DNA from: Mizuhopecten yessoensis
Lineage: Eukaryota
Length of the DNA stretch: 64,000 nucleotides
Direction of reading: 5' to 3'
Assembly (NCBI RefSeq): GCF_002113885.1
Contig: NW_018403776.1
Coordinates: 170,810-234,809, forward strand
In this document: positions 53,560-64,000 of the stretch, in pieces
Layout of the letters: each line of letters opens with the position of its first letter
Numbering within the stretch: the first letter of the stretch is position 1
Made by a program: the position numbers and the translations under genes
The notes under the pieces: generated by a model
Seen by the model: the letters and a program-made list of their open reading frames with translations, nothing else
The model's database searches: none
Told to the model about the DNA's origin: nothing

Positions 53560-56500
53560 TCAGGAGGATGCCACTTGAGAAAGGGGTTCGTCTAGGTATG
53601 TCGCTAGAGCTTCCATCTGTAACGCAAGAAATGACATGACATCAACATTGTGCCTCCTTCATCCAGTATATCAAATCATTTTCACTTTCTTGATATCTCA
53701 AATTTATGTCAAAATATCTTAACGCGATACTATATACTGCTACCTGTGTATAAAACTGAATTAGCATCAATATCCCTCCATCTAATGCATTCATTCATTA
53801 GAATTATTTACCCTTTGACTCTTCCTCTGACCTTCTCAGTAGGGTACAGACATGGGAGTGGTATGTATGTGACCCATTCATTGTCCAGTCATGAAACACC
53901 CATCTATGATGTTCAAAATTTAGCCCTTTATAAATCATGGCCAAAATAGAATTTACAATTATAGTAGTAAAGAATTTTTCCTAATATCACAGGTGAACAT
54001 CTGATCACTTGCAGGGGTAGAGCAGGACTTTTCCCACTAGCTCAATTGGTATTGGTAAAGCAACTAGTGAGAGCTAATAACTAGTAATCTAGAAACAGTT
54101 CTGGGTTTGACTCCTACACAAGACACTTGATTATAATCGGGAGAAAATCCTACCTTGGCTTTTAACAGTCCAAAGTCCACAATTTCCTTTGAACACATGC
54201 ACAGCAGCAGGTTTGCCACCCTGGTTATTGCCACTTTCCCTTCCTACAAAATCAACAAACCATGTAGTACACTACATCAATACATGAAATTAATTATGTC
54301 CTTAAGTAACATGCAAAAATAATCCAAACAACTACAGATTTGTTTGTATGAACAAAACATGTCTCCCTTATCAGCCAATATGCATATTTTGCATAGAAAA
54401 GAATAAAGCTCACTTGTTTGCTCTTGTTTAAATTGTAGCCATGAGGCTAATCTCATCCTGGCCTAATAAGAATGTACCCAGTACTGCATGCCATCTTAGC
54501 CACAGGAAGTTAGCACCGGATTCGTTTTTCGTTATTCGAAAAACGAAAAACGAAAAACGAATAACGAGTTTTCCCGTTATTCGTTATTCAAAAATTATTT
54601 TTTGTTTTTCGTTATTCAAATAGCAAATAAGGTACCGCAGTGCTTTTGGATATCCAGTTAACGATTATAACACACCAAGGCCAAATGGGGCAGTGTTTAG
54701 GTGTATGAGTTCGAAAAAACGAATCCGGTACTAACTTCACGGTGCCCCCAATCTTTGGCTAATGCAGGTATACTTCAGGTTTCATACAGATATCTATGAA
54801 CATTTAAAAAGTTATAGCATGGAAAAGTTTACACTTATTTGAATTTGATGTTGAAGGTCAAGGTGAAGATGACAGTTGTAGTGCACACCTTCAGTACCCG
54901 GGTAAGTGACGCAGGTCCGTTCAAAATTTCAGGAAGATATTCTTAATGATTTGAAAGTTCCAGCCCAAACAAGATTACTTTTGAAATTTTGCAATTGTTT
55001 GACCTTAAGGTGAACGTCACAGTGACCTGTTTACAGTGAACTATACACTTTTTGGGTGATGAAAGTACATGCAGACTTATAATGTTTCATTTGAAGGGGA
55101 GACATAATTAATATTAACCTGTTTCAATTACTTTGCAAGGCTCTTCGATAAAAGTATCCCATTTTCAATTCCACTAATTTGTCGACAAGCATTTTGTTAC
55201 TTACAGGTACTCAAATTGAATTTATATAATATGCAACAAAATTTCATAAATATCGTAAATGTCATATTGTATGCAAACTGTTCTCAGCGAGTCCCCCCTG
55301 AAAACAAGTATATCTCAAAAACATTAGAACTGTCTATAATTTTTGTATCTTACCTCACATCCCAATAAAACAAACTCTAATTTATCTTCATTGAAAGCAA
55401 GTGCTCCACTTTTCTGATAGGACGTCCAGATATTGCAGGCTATAGCTGCTGTGACGGATGCATCCTTGTCTCCGTACCCAGAGTAGGCTAGCAAGGCTCC
55501 TTCATTGTTGAGAAGGCTAGAAAAATATATTTTTAAAACATTACTAGTACTGTACGCTATATTTTCCACATGATCTTCACAAGGAAATGTAGCAAGTCCT
55601 TTGGCCTTATATTAACACATAAAAGTCAGCTTAATGCCACTGCCAAAAGCAATAATATTGCAGTGCAAACCAATTTTGTTGACATGAATATAGCTTTGAT
55701 CAATTATTTCTGAAAAGAAAACCATACCTTGCAGGACTAAAAAGAAAATGTATAGAGATGAAATAAACCAAACAATCAGATCAGAGAGAACAGTGTTCTG
55801 ATTGGGGAAGAAGTCAGGAGGAAGAGACTGGCATGGGGTTTCAACCCTGGACTACAGGTTACTATTACTCTGACTGACTGTGCTACCTGGTCAACAGAAG
55901 TGTCCTCGCCCAACTGTGCTATAGCCTACAGTTATATCCAAAACAAAATTAAGGGAAGGTTACTGTATATATGTGCAAAGAACTAGGGTGCAGAGGGACA
56001 TGGAACATTAGGGAGTGATTCTGTTCAGTCAGTATTGCACGAAGGGGAATAACTCTGACAAAACTGTAGAACATTGACAAAACTGTAGAACATTTACCAT
56101 ATTGCTATCAGGCATGTTGGGATAAATATTGTCATTTTGCATATACATGCCATTTATTTACTTTGATTTTTTTTTAATTCGTCAAACCAAGAATTAATCA
56201 CTGGTTGGAGGATGAATGTCATTTAAAATTTAATATTGAAGATATCCAAATCTAATTTTATACATTTTATCAGTCATAGTACATGTACACTTTTATACTT
56301 AATGGATATTGTGTATGCTGAAATGATTTAAATTTATATGTTCACAAGGACATGTAATGAGGGTTTTTATAATGCACATAATAAATGGTATATATCCCCA
56401 CGGAATTAGTTATCCAAGTCTGTGATATCCCCAAGTAGGGAATATTTACTGAAAATAAATAAATGAATGTTTATACAGCTGTTGCATATTATAATTATTC

Positions 56501-56983
56501 TAAGTATATGGTATACTATAAGTTTTTTAATTGAAATATTAGTTTACTGTAAACAATCTGTCAAAGGAAGCAGAGAATCACGTCATGTATTTCACTATTC
56601 ACTTCTTTGTAGATACTAGATCTATTCTATGTTTAGACAGATTGTTCAGTTGGGAGTGGTTGAGCCACTAGTTAGCTTTCCATGCAAATGACTAGATTTC
56701 ATTGTAACAGATAAAAAATGTGCATCACAGTATATGGTATATATAAGTGAGCGAATGTATAATTCCGTGGTTATATGGTCATGACATGTGACATGTCCCT
56801 GTGCGAGCCTCCCTGTGCTACTGTACAGAACATTTCTTGGGTCCTGTGGGTGTGATATCGGCGATACTGGTGATGTCAGTATCATCAAAATACAGAAATG
56901 TTAAAAGATAGTTACAGCGTGCTCTGTACTCCTCCTGAATTCGCCTGACTGAGAACTTGCGTGAGCGCTTTAGGTTTTAGCAT
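53560..56983 (-). CDS. LAMTOR2: Ragulator complex protein LAMTOR2 (p14/ROBLD3), 125 aa
   Basis: Minus-strand exons 56983-56916, 55516-55354, 54243-54154, 53616-53560 (378 nt). Translation [53 protein letters not shown]...CEEGKVAITRVANLLLCM...FGLLKAKMEALATYLDEPLSQVASS* matches the roadblock-fold LAMTOR2. Confidence 0.97.
54501..54744. mobile_element. ~240-bp MITE-like element with ~26-bp TIRs in LAMTOR2 intron 2, nested in an older repeat
   Basis: GAAGTTAGCACCGGATTCGTTTTTCG ... CGAAAAAACGAATCCGGTACTAACTTC. Internal CGTTATTCG/CGAATAACG inverted units. No clear TSD. Confidence 0.75.
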
Positions 56984-57131
56984 TTTCCACGGGTTTTCCT
57001 TCCAAAGCAGCTATTCCAAAGTTCTTCTGCTACACTTCCGGGTCATATGACAGCAGCGGCTAAACTTATGTCGACGGCGTCAATTGGTTGAAATATAAGG
57101 TCATGACCCTTATCTTCATTTCCGAAGAAGC
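56984..57131. promoter_or_regulatory. Bidirectional promoter shared by LAMTOR2 and ECD
   Basis: Only 148 bp separate the divergent ATGs. Contains the ETS/GABP-type motif CACTTCCGGG (~57033-57042) and an ATTGG (CCAAT) box. Confidence 0.8.
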
Positions 57132-57330
57132 ATGGCTGAGAAACGAAAACACTTAGCCGAGGATGTTGTGGAATACTTCCTTTTCCCGACTTTACCAGAC
57201 TCACTGAATAAGTCAGAAGTTGCAAAATATTTGGAGGAACTGTTGGATTCGTACCTGGCGTTTGTTAGTCCTCTGGTCGTCGATTACATTTGGCAAAACG
57301 ACCCGTTCTCCCTGGTAGTGACAGCTGAAG
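57132..57330 (+). CDS. ECD: Protein ecdysoneless homolog (ECD/hSGT1), first coding exon; gene apparently continues beyond the window
   Basis: MAEKRKHLAEDVVEYFLFP...FVSPLVVDYIWQNDPFSL matches the ECD N-terminus (ED.VEY.LF ... YIWQN.PF.L). Donor GAAG/gtttgt at 57330/57331. The expected next exon (FGDN.EDEW) was not found before 64000. Confidence 0.88.
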
Positions 57331-57939
57331 GTTTGTGACTCATAAAATAGTTTCGGCTTCTGTCATTGAACTCATCGTAGTTATTAGTCCCCCTTTGTCT
57401 GCTGGACATTTCATATTTGTCATACTGAATATCTTGTTCCATACATAATGACGAATCTATTTCCTTCTGTCTCAGATTATTACTGTATTAACTTTACTGT
57501 AATATAGATGACATTTTTAAACGTTGTTATTACGGTTTTTTTACCAACTTCATTGCATGTGTTTTCTTTGTTTTTAGTAATATCACAAACAGATAGTAAT
57601 CAGATTATGACCTTATTCTTGTTTTGTCTCTAATAGTTTTCTTCGGCCCTATCTTGGATATCTAAATCTTTATATAAGCCTTAAATATAAATCTACAGGG
57701 AAATCACGAGTATCTGCCTTATTAAAGGGTGGGGATGTCAGAGTGGTCTACTATATATAATATCAGAATATTATGTGTATATTTTGTCTCTTTTTTATTC
57801 GAGGCAGATATCTATGGAGAAATAAATCCTCTAGCCGTTCATATAAGCGAATATTTACTATTTGAAAAGAATAAAAAAAAAATACATTCAAGTTCAATTA
57901 GTCATTATACTGTAGTGGTGACACAATTGAGTGCATAGC

Positions 57940-58296
57940 TGTCAACCCTCCCTCTTTACAAGGTAGACTTCTGTATCTGTGTCAACCATCCCTCTTTACA
58001 AGGTAGACTGTCTGTATCGGTCAACCATCCCTCTTTACAAGGTAGACTGTCTGTATCTGTCAACCATCCCTCTTTACAAGGTAGACTGTCTGTATCTGTG
58101 TCAACCATCCCTCTATACAAGGTAGACTGTCTGTATCTGTCAACCCTCCCTCTTTACAAGGTAGACTGTCTGTATCGGTCAACCCTCCCTCTTTACAAGG
58201 TAGACTGTCTGTATCTGTCAACCATCCCTCTTTACAAGGTAGACTGTCTGTATCTGTCAACCCTCCCTCTTTACAAGGTAGACTGTCTGTATCTGT
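57940..58296. repeat. Minisatellite, 39-bp unit GTCAACCCTCCCTCTTTACAAGGTAGACTGTCTGTATCT, ~9 copies, in ECD intron 1
   Basis: Direct repeats. They explain the 13-aa periodic ORFs at 58060-58317. Confidence 0.96.
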
Positions 58297-61165
58297 TAAG
58301 TTCTGGATAAAATTCATAAATTAAATATCACATTCGCGGAGGAAGAGTGGGGTAAAAGTTAGTTTTTCAGGCTACTACAGAACTGGTCGACAGTAGTTGC
58401 GCTATAATTAGTCTGATCATGTGAGTTACGGGTTACAGGTCCACATCATCTGTGTATTTTGAGCATGATATACAAACTTCGTTAGGTGGCAGTGGCACAT
58501 CTAGAGAAACTAGAATCGACTGACCTTTGGTACATTTCTGAACATCAATTCAATATTTTTGGCATCAACATCTGCATATAAGCTGATTATATTAGTGTCT
58601 TATAGTGTTATGTACGAATTCTGTTCCATTATACATCTAAGGAATGTCTCTTACAAAATTTACAGTATCTTATCTCAGCAGAACTGTATTTTGTGAGATG
58701 TAAATGTATAATTCAAAGAAAAAGGATAATCAAGCATGTATATATAGGGAGGATACCAGTCAAGTGATGATCATGGTTTCTATCCATTGAGTTAGTTTGT
58801 TCCCATTTATCACATGTGACCATCAGTGAGTAGGGTACTTGGGCGTTAGTTTGTAAGAAACGCTATCTCTGTTGTAATGCTGAACTGATTAGTATTGTAT
58901 CGCTAAACATCATTCCTGTCTCTTGTAATTTATTTGTTGTGTCAAAAGAGAGAACTTAATAAGTGTAACAAATGTTGTTTAATACATGTAACAATCAATG
59001 AACTCGTCAGTTATCCATAAAAAGGAGAATAGATCTAATTCAGCTTTGCTTTGGTTGGTTACCAGTGTTCCCCATGGGTTTTGGATTTGGGAATATATTT
59101 TATGGATTTTCAAGATTCTCTACCCTCATATAGTACTTGTATTAGGTAATATAATAACCACAGGGGTGTGGCATAGATCCCCAGCTCCACTGTCCATACA
59201 CTGTGTATTATGTACACATCATATATTCACATAATTTACATTTAGGGTTGTTCTTGTTACTGGTTGAAAACCCCTCATTTGAGGGTTCATAGTTAGCTTG
59301 TTGGTGTTGCTTTATCTTTTCTTCTCTCTCACATCTATCCTTTCTTTAGGTTGGTGCCATCCGAGGCACCTCTGTCTAGCACATTGTCAGAATAATGTGA
59401 CTAGGTTGAGTGTCAAACTACATACTATTTTTCAGGTAAACTTATGATATTTCACTAATATAGCACTTAGAATTGGTCTTACATAGTGACCCCATCATCT
59501 GTTGACACCATTTTCGTATGATCACCATCTTAGCTTGTTACGAGGATGCATAATCTGAAAGAACAAACAAATGCAGCTGTGTTATATTTGTGGTGATGTG
59601 AACATATAAATTCAAAAAAACTGACAATTTCTAGTTAAGTAACACTACATACATGTATTTAAAATCATGAAACAATTAAATAAACTGAAGCCTTTAACTA
59701 GTTTGAAGAAACTACTTTAAACTCTACCATTGCATGTTGGTGATGTAACAATGTTTATCATGGTCGACAATCATGATTTATTGGACAAGAGATCACACAT
59801 GTGCTTCCATAACACATGCAATGCTGTTCCAAAATTTATTCCCCACACCCCATTGATTGAATATTTCTGTAATTGACTGATAATCCAAACTCTAGTCTCC
59901 TCCACATAAAGTATCTGTGGGATTGATGGTGTTCTGATTAGAGAGGTGGTCCTGGATTACAATGTTTAGCTTATAAGTGTTAGTCTATTCAAAACCTGAT
60001 ATTTACCATCGTATGGCATTTCCACTTTATAACCCTACCAAATTCAGTTGGCATTCTTATAGGCTATGAATGCCATGGACCGATTGTTGACGTCATCATT
60101 ATTATGACGTCAAGTTGTTAGATTGAATAACACAGACCCTCCCTTGGCAATGGCTTTCCTATTCATTGAAAAATCATACACGATTATACATTATTTGAAC
60201 TAAATGCTTAATAATAATAATTGTAATTGAATTTTCTATGAGATGAACAGATTTAAAAAATGGTAAATACATGTATTGATCTGCTTTCAGTTGGCATTCA
60301 TAGGCAATATGAATTCCAACTGGACAAAGGCAAATCCAACATGAAGCGCTAGTGGGCTTCATTGAACTGCAAGATGCTTAATTAAATGCGGGAAATATAA
60401 TTTATGAAAACCATACTAAATGGACATACAGATGTACATATACAAAGTACCATTTGGTCCATAGCTGAAATGGTGGGAATGGAAAATTTCGGAAGAAAAA
60501 GAATTAGTGTAGTTATAATAAGCTGGAGCAGAAAGATAATGTTGTTAGGTATTTATGTTATGATTGTTGGTGTGTGCATTATGTGGTGGCAATACACTAG
60601 GTGGAAAGCTTGGGGAGAGGTCTGTCTGAATTAATCAGGAGATGGGCACAGTTACAGCTCTGTAATTGTGTTAACATCCTGTTTGGTAGCTAAATTAACC
60701 TTGTAAACAATCAGAGGACTCCTGTTTACTGTTATTGGTTAAGTATAAATAATCTATTTAATTGATTAGGAAAGATAATAAAATTATGCATTTGTAGAAA
60801 TTAATCTACAGAAGTAAATCCTGACCAAAGAGATATATAGGTCAGTATAATCAGTTACACAGAAAATCAATCATGTTATTAACGAGTCGTAGAACGCCTG
60901 ATATGGAGACGTTATAGATTATCAGGGGTGCACATAGATGAAACATTCAGTGGAGGTACCATGTAACTGAGAGAGAATCTATAGGTTACAGAAAAAAACA
61001 TGATTCATTTCTGTTCTTCACATTTCTCTAGAAAACACCTTTACTACTGCTATCGAAGTGCAGAATGTAGAAGCGGTTTTAGCTCTTTGTATTATATTGA
61101 GTTCTTACTTCAGTGTCCTTGCATGGAACCCCAGTACACCTAGCTTACATAAATGTATAACACCT

Positions 61166-61412
61166 AGGCCTGATTCATGAAAACATTCTCATACTCAAGC
61201 ATGATTTCTGTAACTCGATCAAATCAATATGTTACATGGTCAAAAATTCAATGTTAACATTGAAAACAGTATTCAGCTCAATGTCTTTCCAAATTCCTTA
61301 CATATCATTGATGAAATATGATTAGTTTTATAAATCCATCACTTCACAAGAAATTGGGCTTGAGCACAGAATCTGGGTTTGAGCATAAGAACGGCTTCAT
61401 GAATACGGGCCT
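61166..61412. mobile_element. ~245-bp MITE with imperfect TIRs (PIF/Harbinger-like ends)
   Basis: AGGCCTGATTCATGAA...TTCTCATACTCAA pairs with TTGAGCATAAGAACGGCTTCATGAATACGGGCCT. TSD unclear. Confidence 0.65.
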
Positions 61413-62239
61413 TGGATTACAAGTCTGAGGTTTCGTACATTATTGGTGATACTGATTTTGTCCTTAAAGCTGTTTGTCAAGTTAAATACCAATGTGGTAT
61501 ATACAAGTATTCAAAAAATCTCCCTATAAACATTCTCTTTACAAACTGGAATCACTTGTTCAGATATTTTCCATAGCGTAGTAGAAATTGGCTGATCCTC
61601 TGACTGCCCTGACATCAAGTGACCAACAGTCAACAGGTGACCGTCTATCTAATCAGCACACAAATACAATGACATATCAGTGACATTACTTCTGATATGA
61701 ATATTTTATAAATACAGTAGGTGTTAGCCCATAAGTCCACAACTTTTGGGGGTGTTAGAATGGCATCAGGGACTGACTTGAAATAAAATTAAACATATTT
61801 ACAATCCATCTGTGCTGTTGTTAATGAATTTTTCGACAGTCAAGTTCAGGCCATGGCCAGATTATACTATATTCTTCCTGGCCTGGCGGCTTGTGGCTAC
61901 AAAAGTTTTTTGTGCAGACTGATTTAGACAGGTTATACTCTACATGTAAACAAATTAATGAATGTTTATATGCAAACATATCTGATATTTATATTTGATT
62001 TAAGTATAAGCTAATAATCTTTATAGCCAAATTTCAGTTTTGTGGTGAAGTACTTTACCGAATGTTCAAAGTAAACACTGGAAGCCCTATAAGGAACAGC
62101 TCTCCTATAGATCTGTCTGTGTCTATAAGGGGCCTAATAAATCAATATCTGCTGTACATGTTTACTCTCTGTAACAAAACACAGTTATGCTTTTTATAAC
62201 GTATTTAGGACATTATCAAGATAAAAGTATCGCTATAAA

Positions 62240-62770
62240 TACCTACACTGTAAGTCACATTCAAGGTCGTAGGTGTCAATAGTCAATGACTCAATCTTGT
62301 GAGCCATGAGGCCTACGGTATTAATGCCATGAGTTTGCCTGTAGCTTGCTGGGGTGAAAGAGAAGACTGTCTAAATAAATGACCTTGACTCACATTCAAG
62401 GTAAATGGGGTCAAATCTGTGCAAAATTTCAAAAAACTTATTCTTCAGACCAACAAGGCCTTGCCTCACAATATTTAGCTTGAGCTTTTAGGAGTGAAAG
62501 TCTGCTTGCAGGTGTAATGGACTGTTTAAATCAAGGTTTCTTTAAATAAAAAATCAAATTCGATACATCTGCTATAGCCTCTTTCTTATTGACTGATATT
62601 TTGCAAATCAGCTTTAACTCATTCACCCCTGAAATTTCATAATGAACTATTCCAACCTTTGATTTGGACGAGTTCAAATGTATCTTCAGGGGTGAAAGAA
62701 TTAAAAATATTTTACAAACACCATTACCAAGGTTATTATCAGAGACACAGGCCCCTTAGGATTCTTGTTA
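62240..62770 (+). mobile_element. 3' part of a degraded HINE/Helentron-type element
   Basis: Repeated CACATTCAAGGT...GTCAA core units and the typical end CAGGCCCCTTAGGATTCTTGTT. Hosts a nested TTAA MITE. Confidence 0.55.
62614..62704 (+). mobile_element. ~90-bp TTAA-flanked MITE (piggyBac-like target site)
   Basis: TTAA-CTCATTCACCCCTGAA ... TTCAGGGGTGAAAGAA-TTAA. A second copy lies at 36759-36846. Confidence 0.8.
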
Positions 62771-64000
62771 AAGATTACAAATATATTCAATATATTGTGT
62801 ATTAACTGAAATAGTTAGACTGAGAACTGAAATAGTTAAAATGTGTACCATGTCAAATCAACATCTGTGTTGGATGATGTATCCCCATTATATCTAAATA
62901 AGAAGGTCACATACTTGGAATGTCATGATCCGAATTCTGAATGATATTATATGGAATATTTGATGCTTTGGTCTGTGATATCTTTTTCAAGTGACAGCTG
63001 ACAATCAGATCTAGGGCCATAAGATAAATACATGATGCTTGGTAATTCGGTGTCATTTTCATTTCTTTCACTTCATCAAATTTGGATAACATCATTATAG
63101 GTTTTGCCATGGTCAGTGGTTCGGTCAGTTTTCCTGCAGAATAAACATTGTAACCCACTATCGACAGCGTCAGATTGGACATCAGACATTGATCACAGGA
63201 GGTGGACAGTGGTCTTCTAGGACAGAAATACTTTAATACAGCCTGGGAACCTTATCATTGTTAGAGTCAATTAAACCATTGTACCCTGACCACTGGTTCG
63301 ACTGTGTTCTAATTGGATCTGTTATTTTTATGGCTCCGAATCGAACAACAGGATGGTCCATCGGTGAACTTGACCACTGTGCTAGGCTCAAGGCTAGGTT
63401 TCTAGCACTGACAATGCAGGTTCTAATGATCATTTGTCTTTTAAATCCTTGGTAAATTTTGTCACTACTTTGCAAATTAAGCCCCTGGGAATGTATAATG
63501 ATTGTTAACATTATTGTCCAGACTATTTATAGAAGCTTTGCACACCTGGTGTAGCTTTTTACTTATCTGGCTGGAACATACTAAAGTGGAGTTTTTGGTC
63601 TTCATTAATGACGATGATTGTTGGATGTGCAGGTGTTGTGTAATCTGTAAGTAAAATCTGAAAGCTGTATACGTATTCAGGCTTGTCTGATGTAAAATTA
63701 ATTAGGAATATTTTTCAAACAACAAATTATGTATGGCGTGACTTTTGTTTCATTAGACTTAATGCAATTACATATATAAATAGAAGTTTTGATTATCCTG
63801 CATTTCAGTAATTATGAAAAAAATCATCAAGTATTTAAGATGGTGAGTCTAGCTTACAGACCAGATACTAAAAATCATCAGGTATTTCAGAATAAGATTG
63901 TGAGCCTAGCTTACAGATCAGCTACCATATGTATGATGTACTGCCCAAGTAGACCAAGGTATATAAACACTATTATCCCTTTCATCCCTATGTGACTTAA

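Noticed and set aside
58060-58317. 13-aa periodic ORFs (TDTDSLPCKEGGL / STLPLYKVDCLYL)
   Set aside because: 39-bp intronic minisatellite with frame-breaking 41-bp variants.

Overview
AT-rich eukaryotic DNA with spliced GT-AG genes. The repeat content (V-domain tRNA-SINEs, HINE/Helentron-type elements, many minisatellites) points to an invertebrate, most likely a bivalve mollusc; this is an inference. Genes reconstructed by hand: (1) an intronless 510-aa orphan ORF (- strand, 3823-5355); (2) a 7-exon, 689-aa uncharacterised type-I membrane receptor with signal peptide, SUEL/rhamnose-lectin-like domain, CUB-like beta domain, TM helix and a long tyrosine-motif/PxxP tail (+, 21676-33740); (3) a 7-exon, 433-aa endonuclease IV (Nfo/APN1) with a Lys-rich N-terminal extension (+, 45795-49832); (4) a 4-exon, 125-aa LAMTOR2 (-, 53560-56983), head-to-head with (5) the first coding exon of ECD/ecdysoneless (+, from 57132). 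There are at least eight tandem-repeat families (23, 31, 39, 43, 43, 47, 55 and 113 bp units), several MITEs with recognisable TIRs/TSDs, SINEs, a decayed LINE RT fragment and one assembly gap. There is no CRISPR array or prokaryotic system. The best candidate for undescribed biology is the lectin/CUB-like receptor, together with a long RNA hairpin just upstream of its TM exon.
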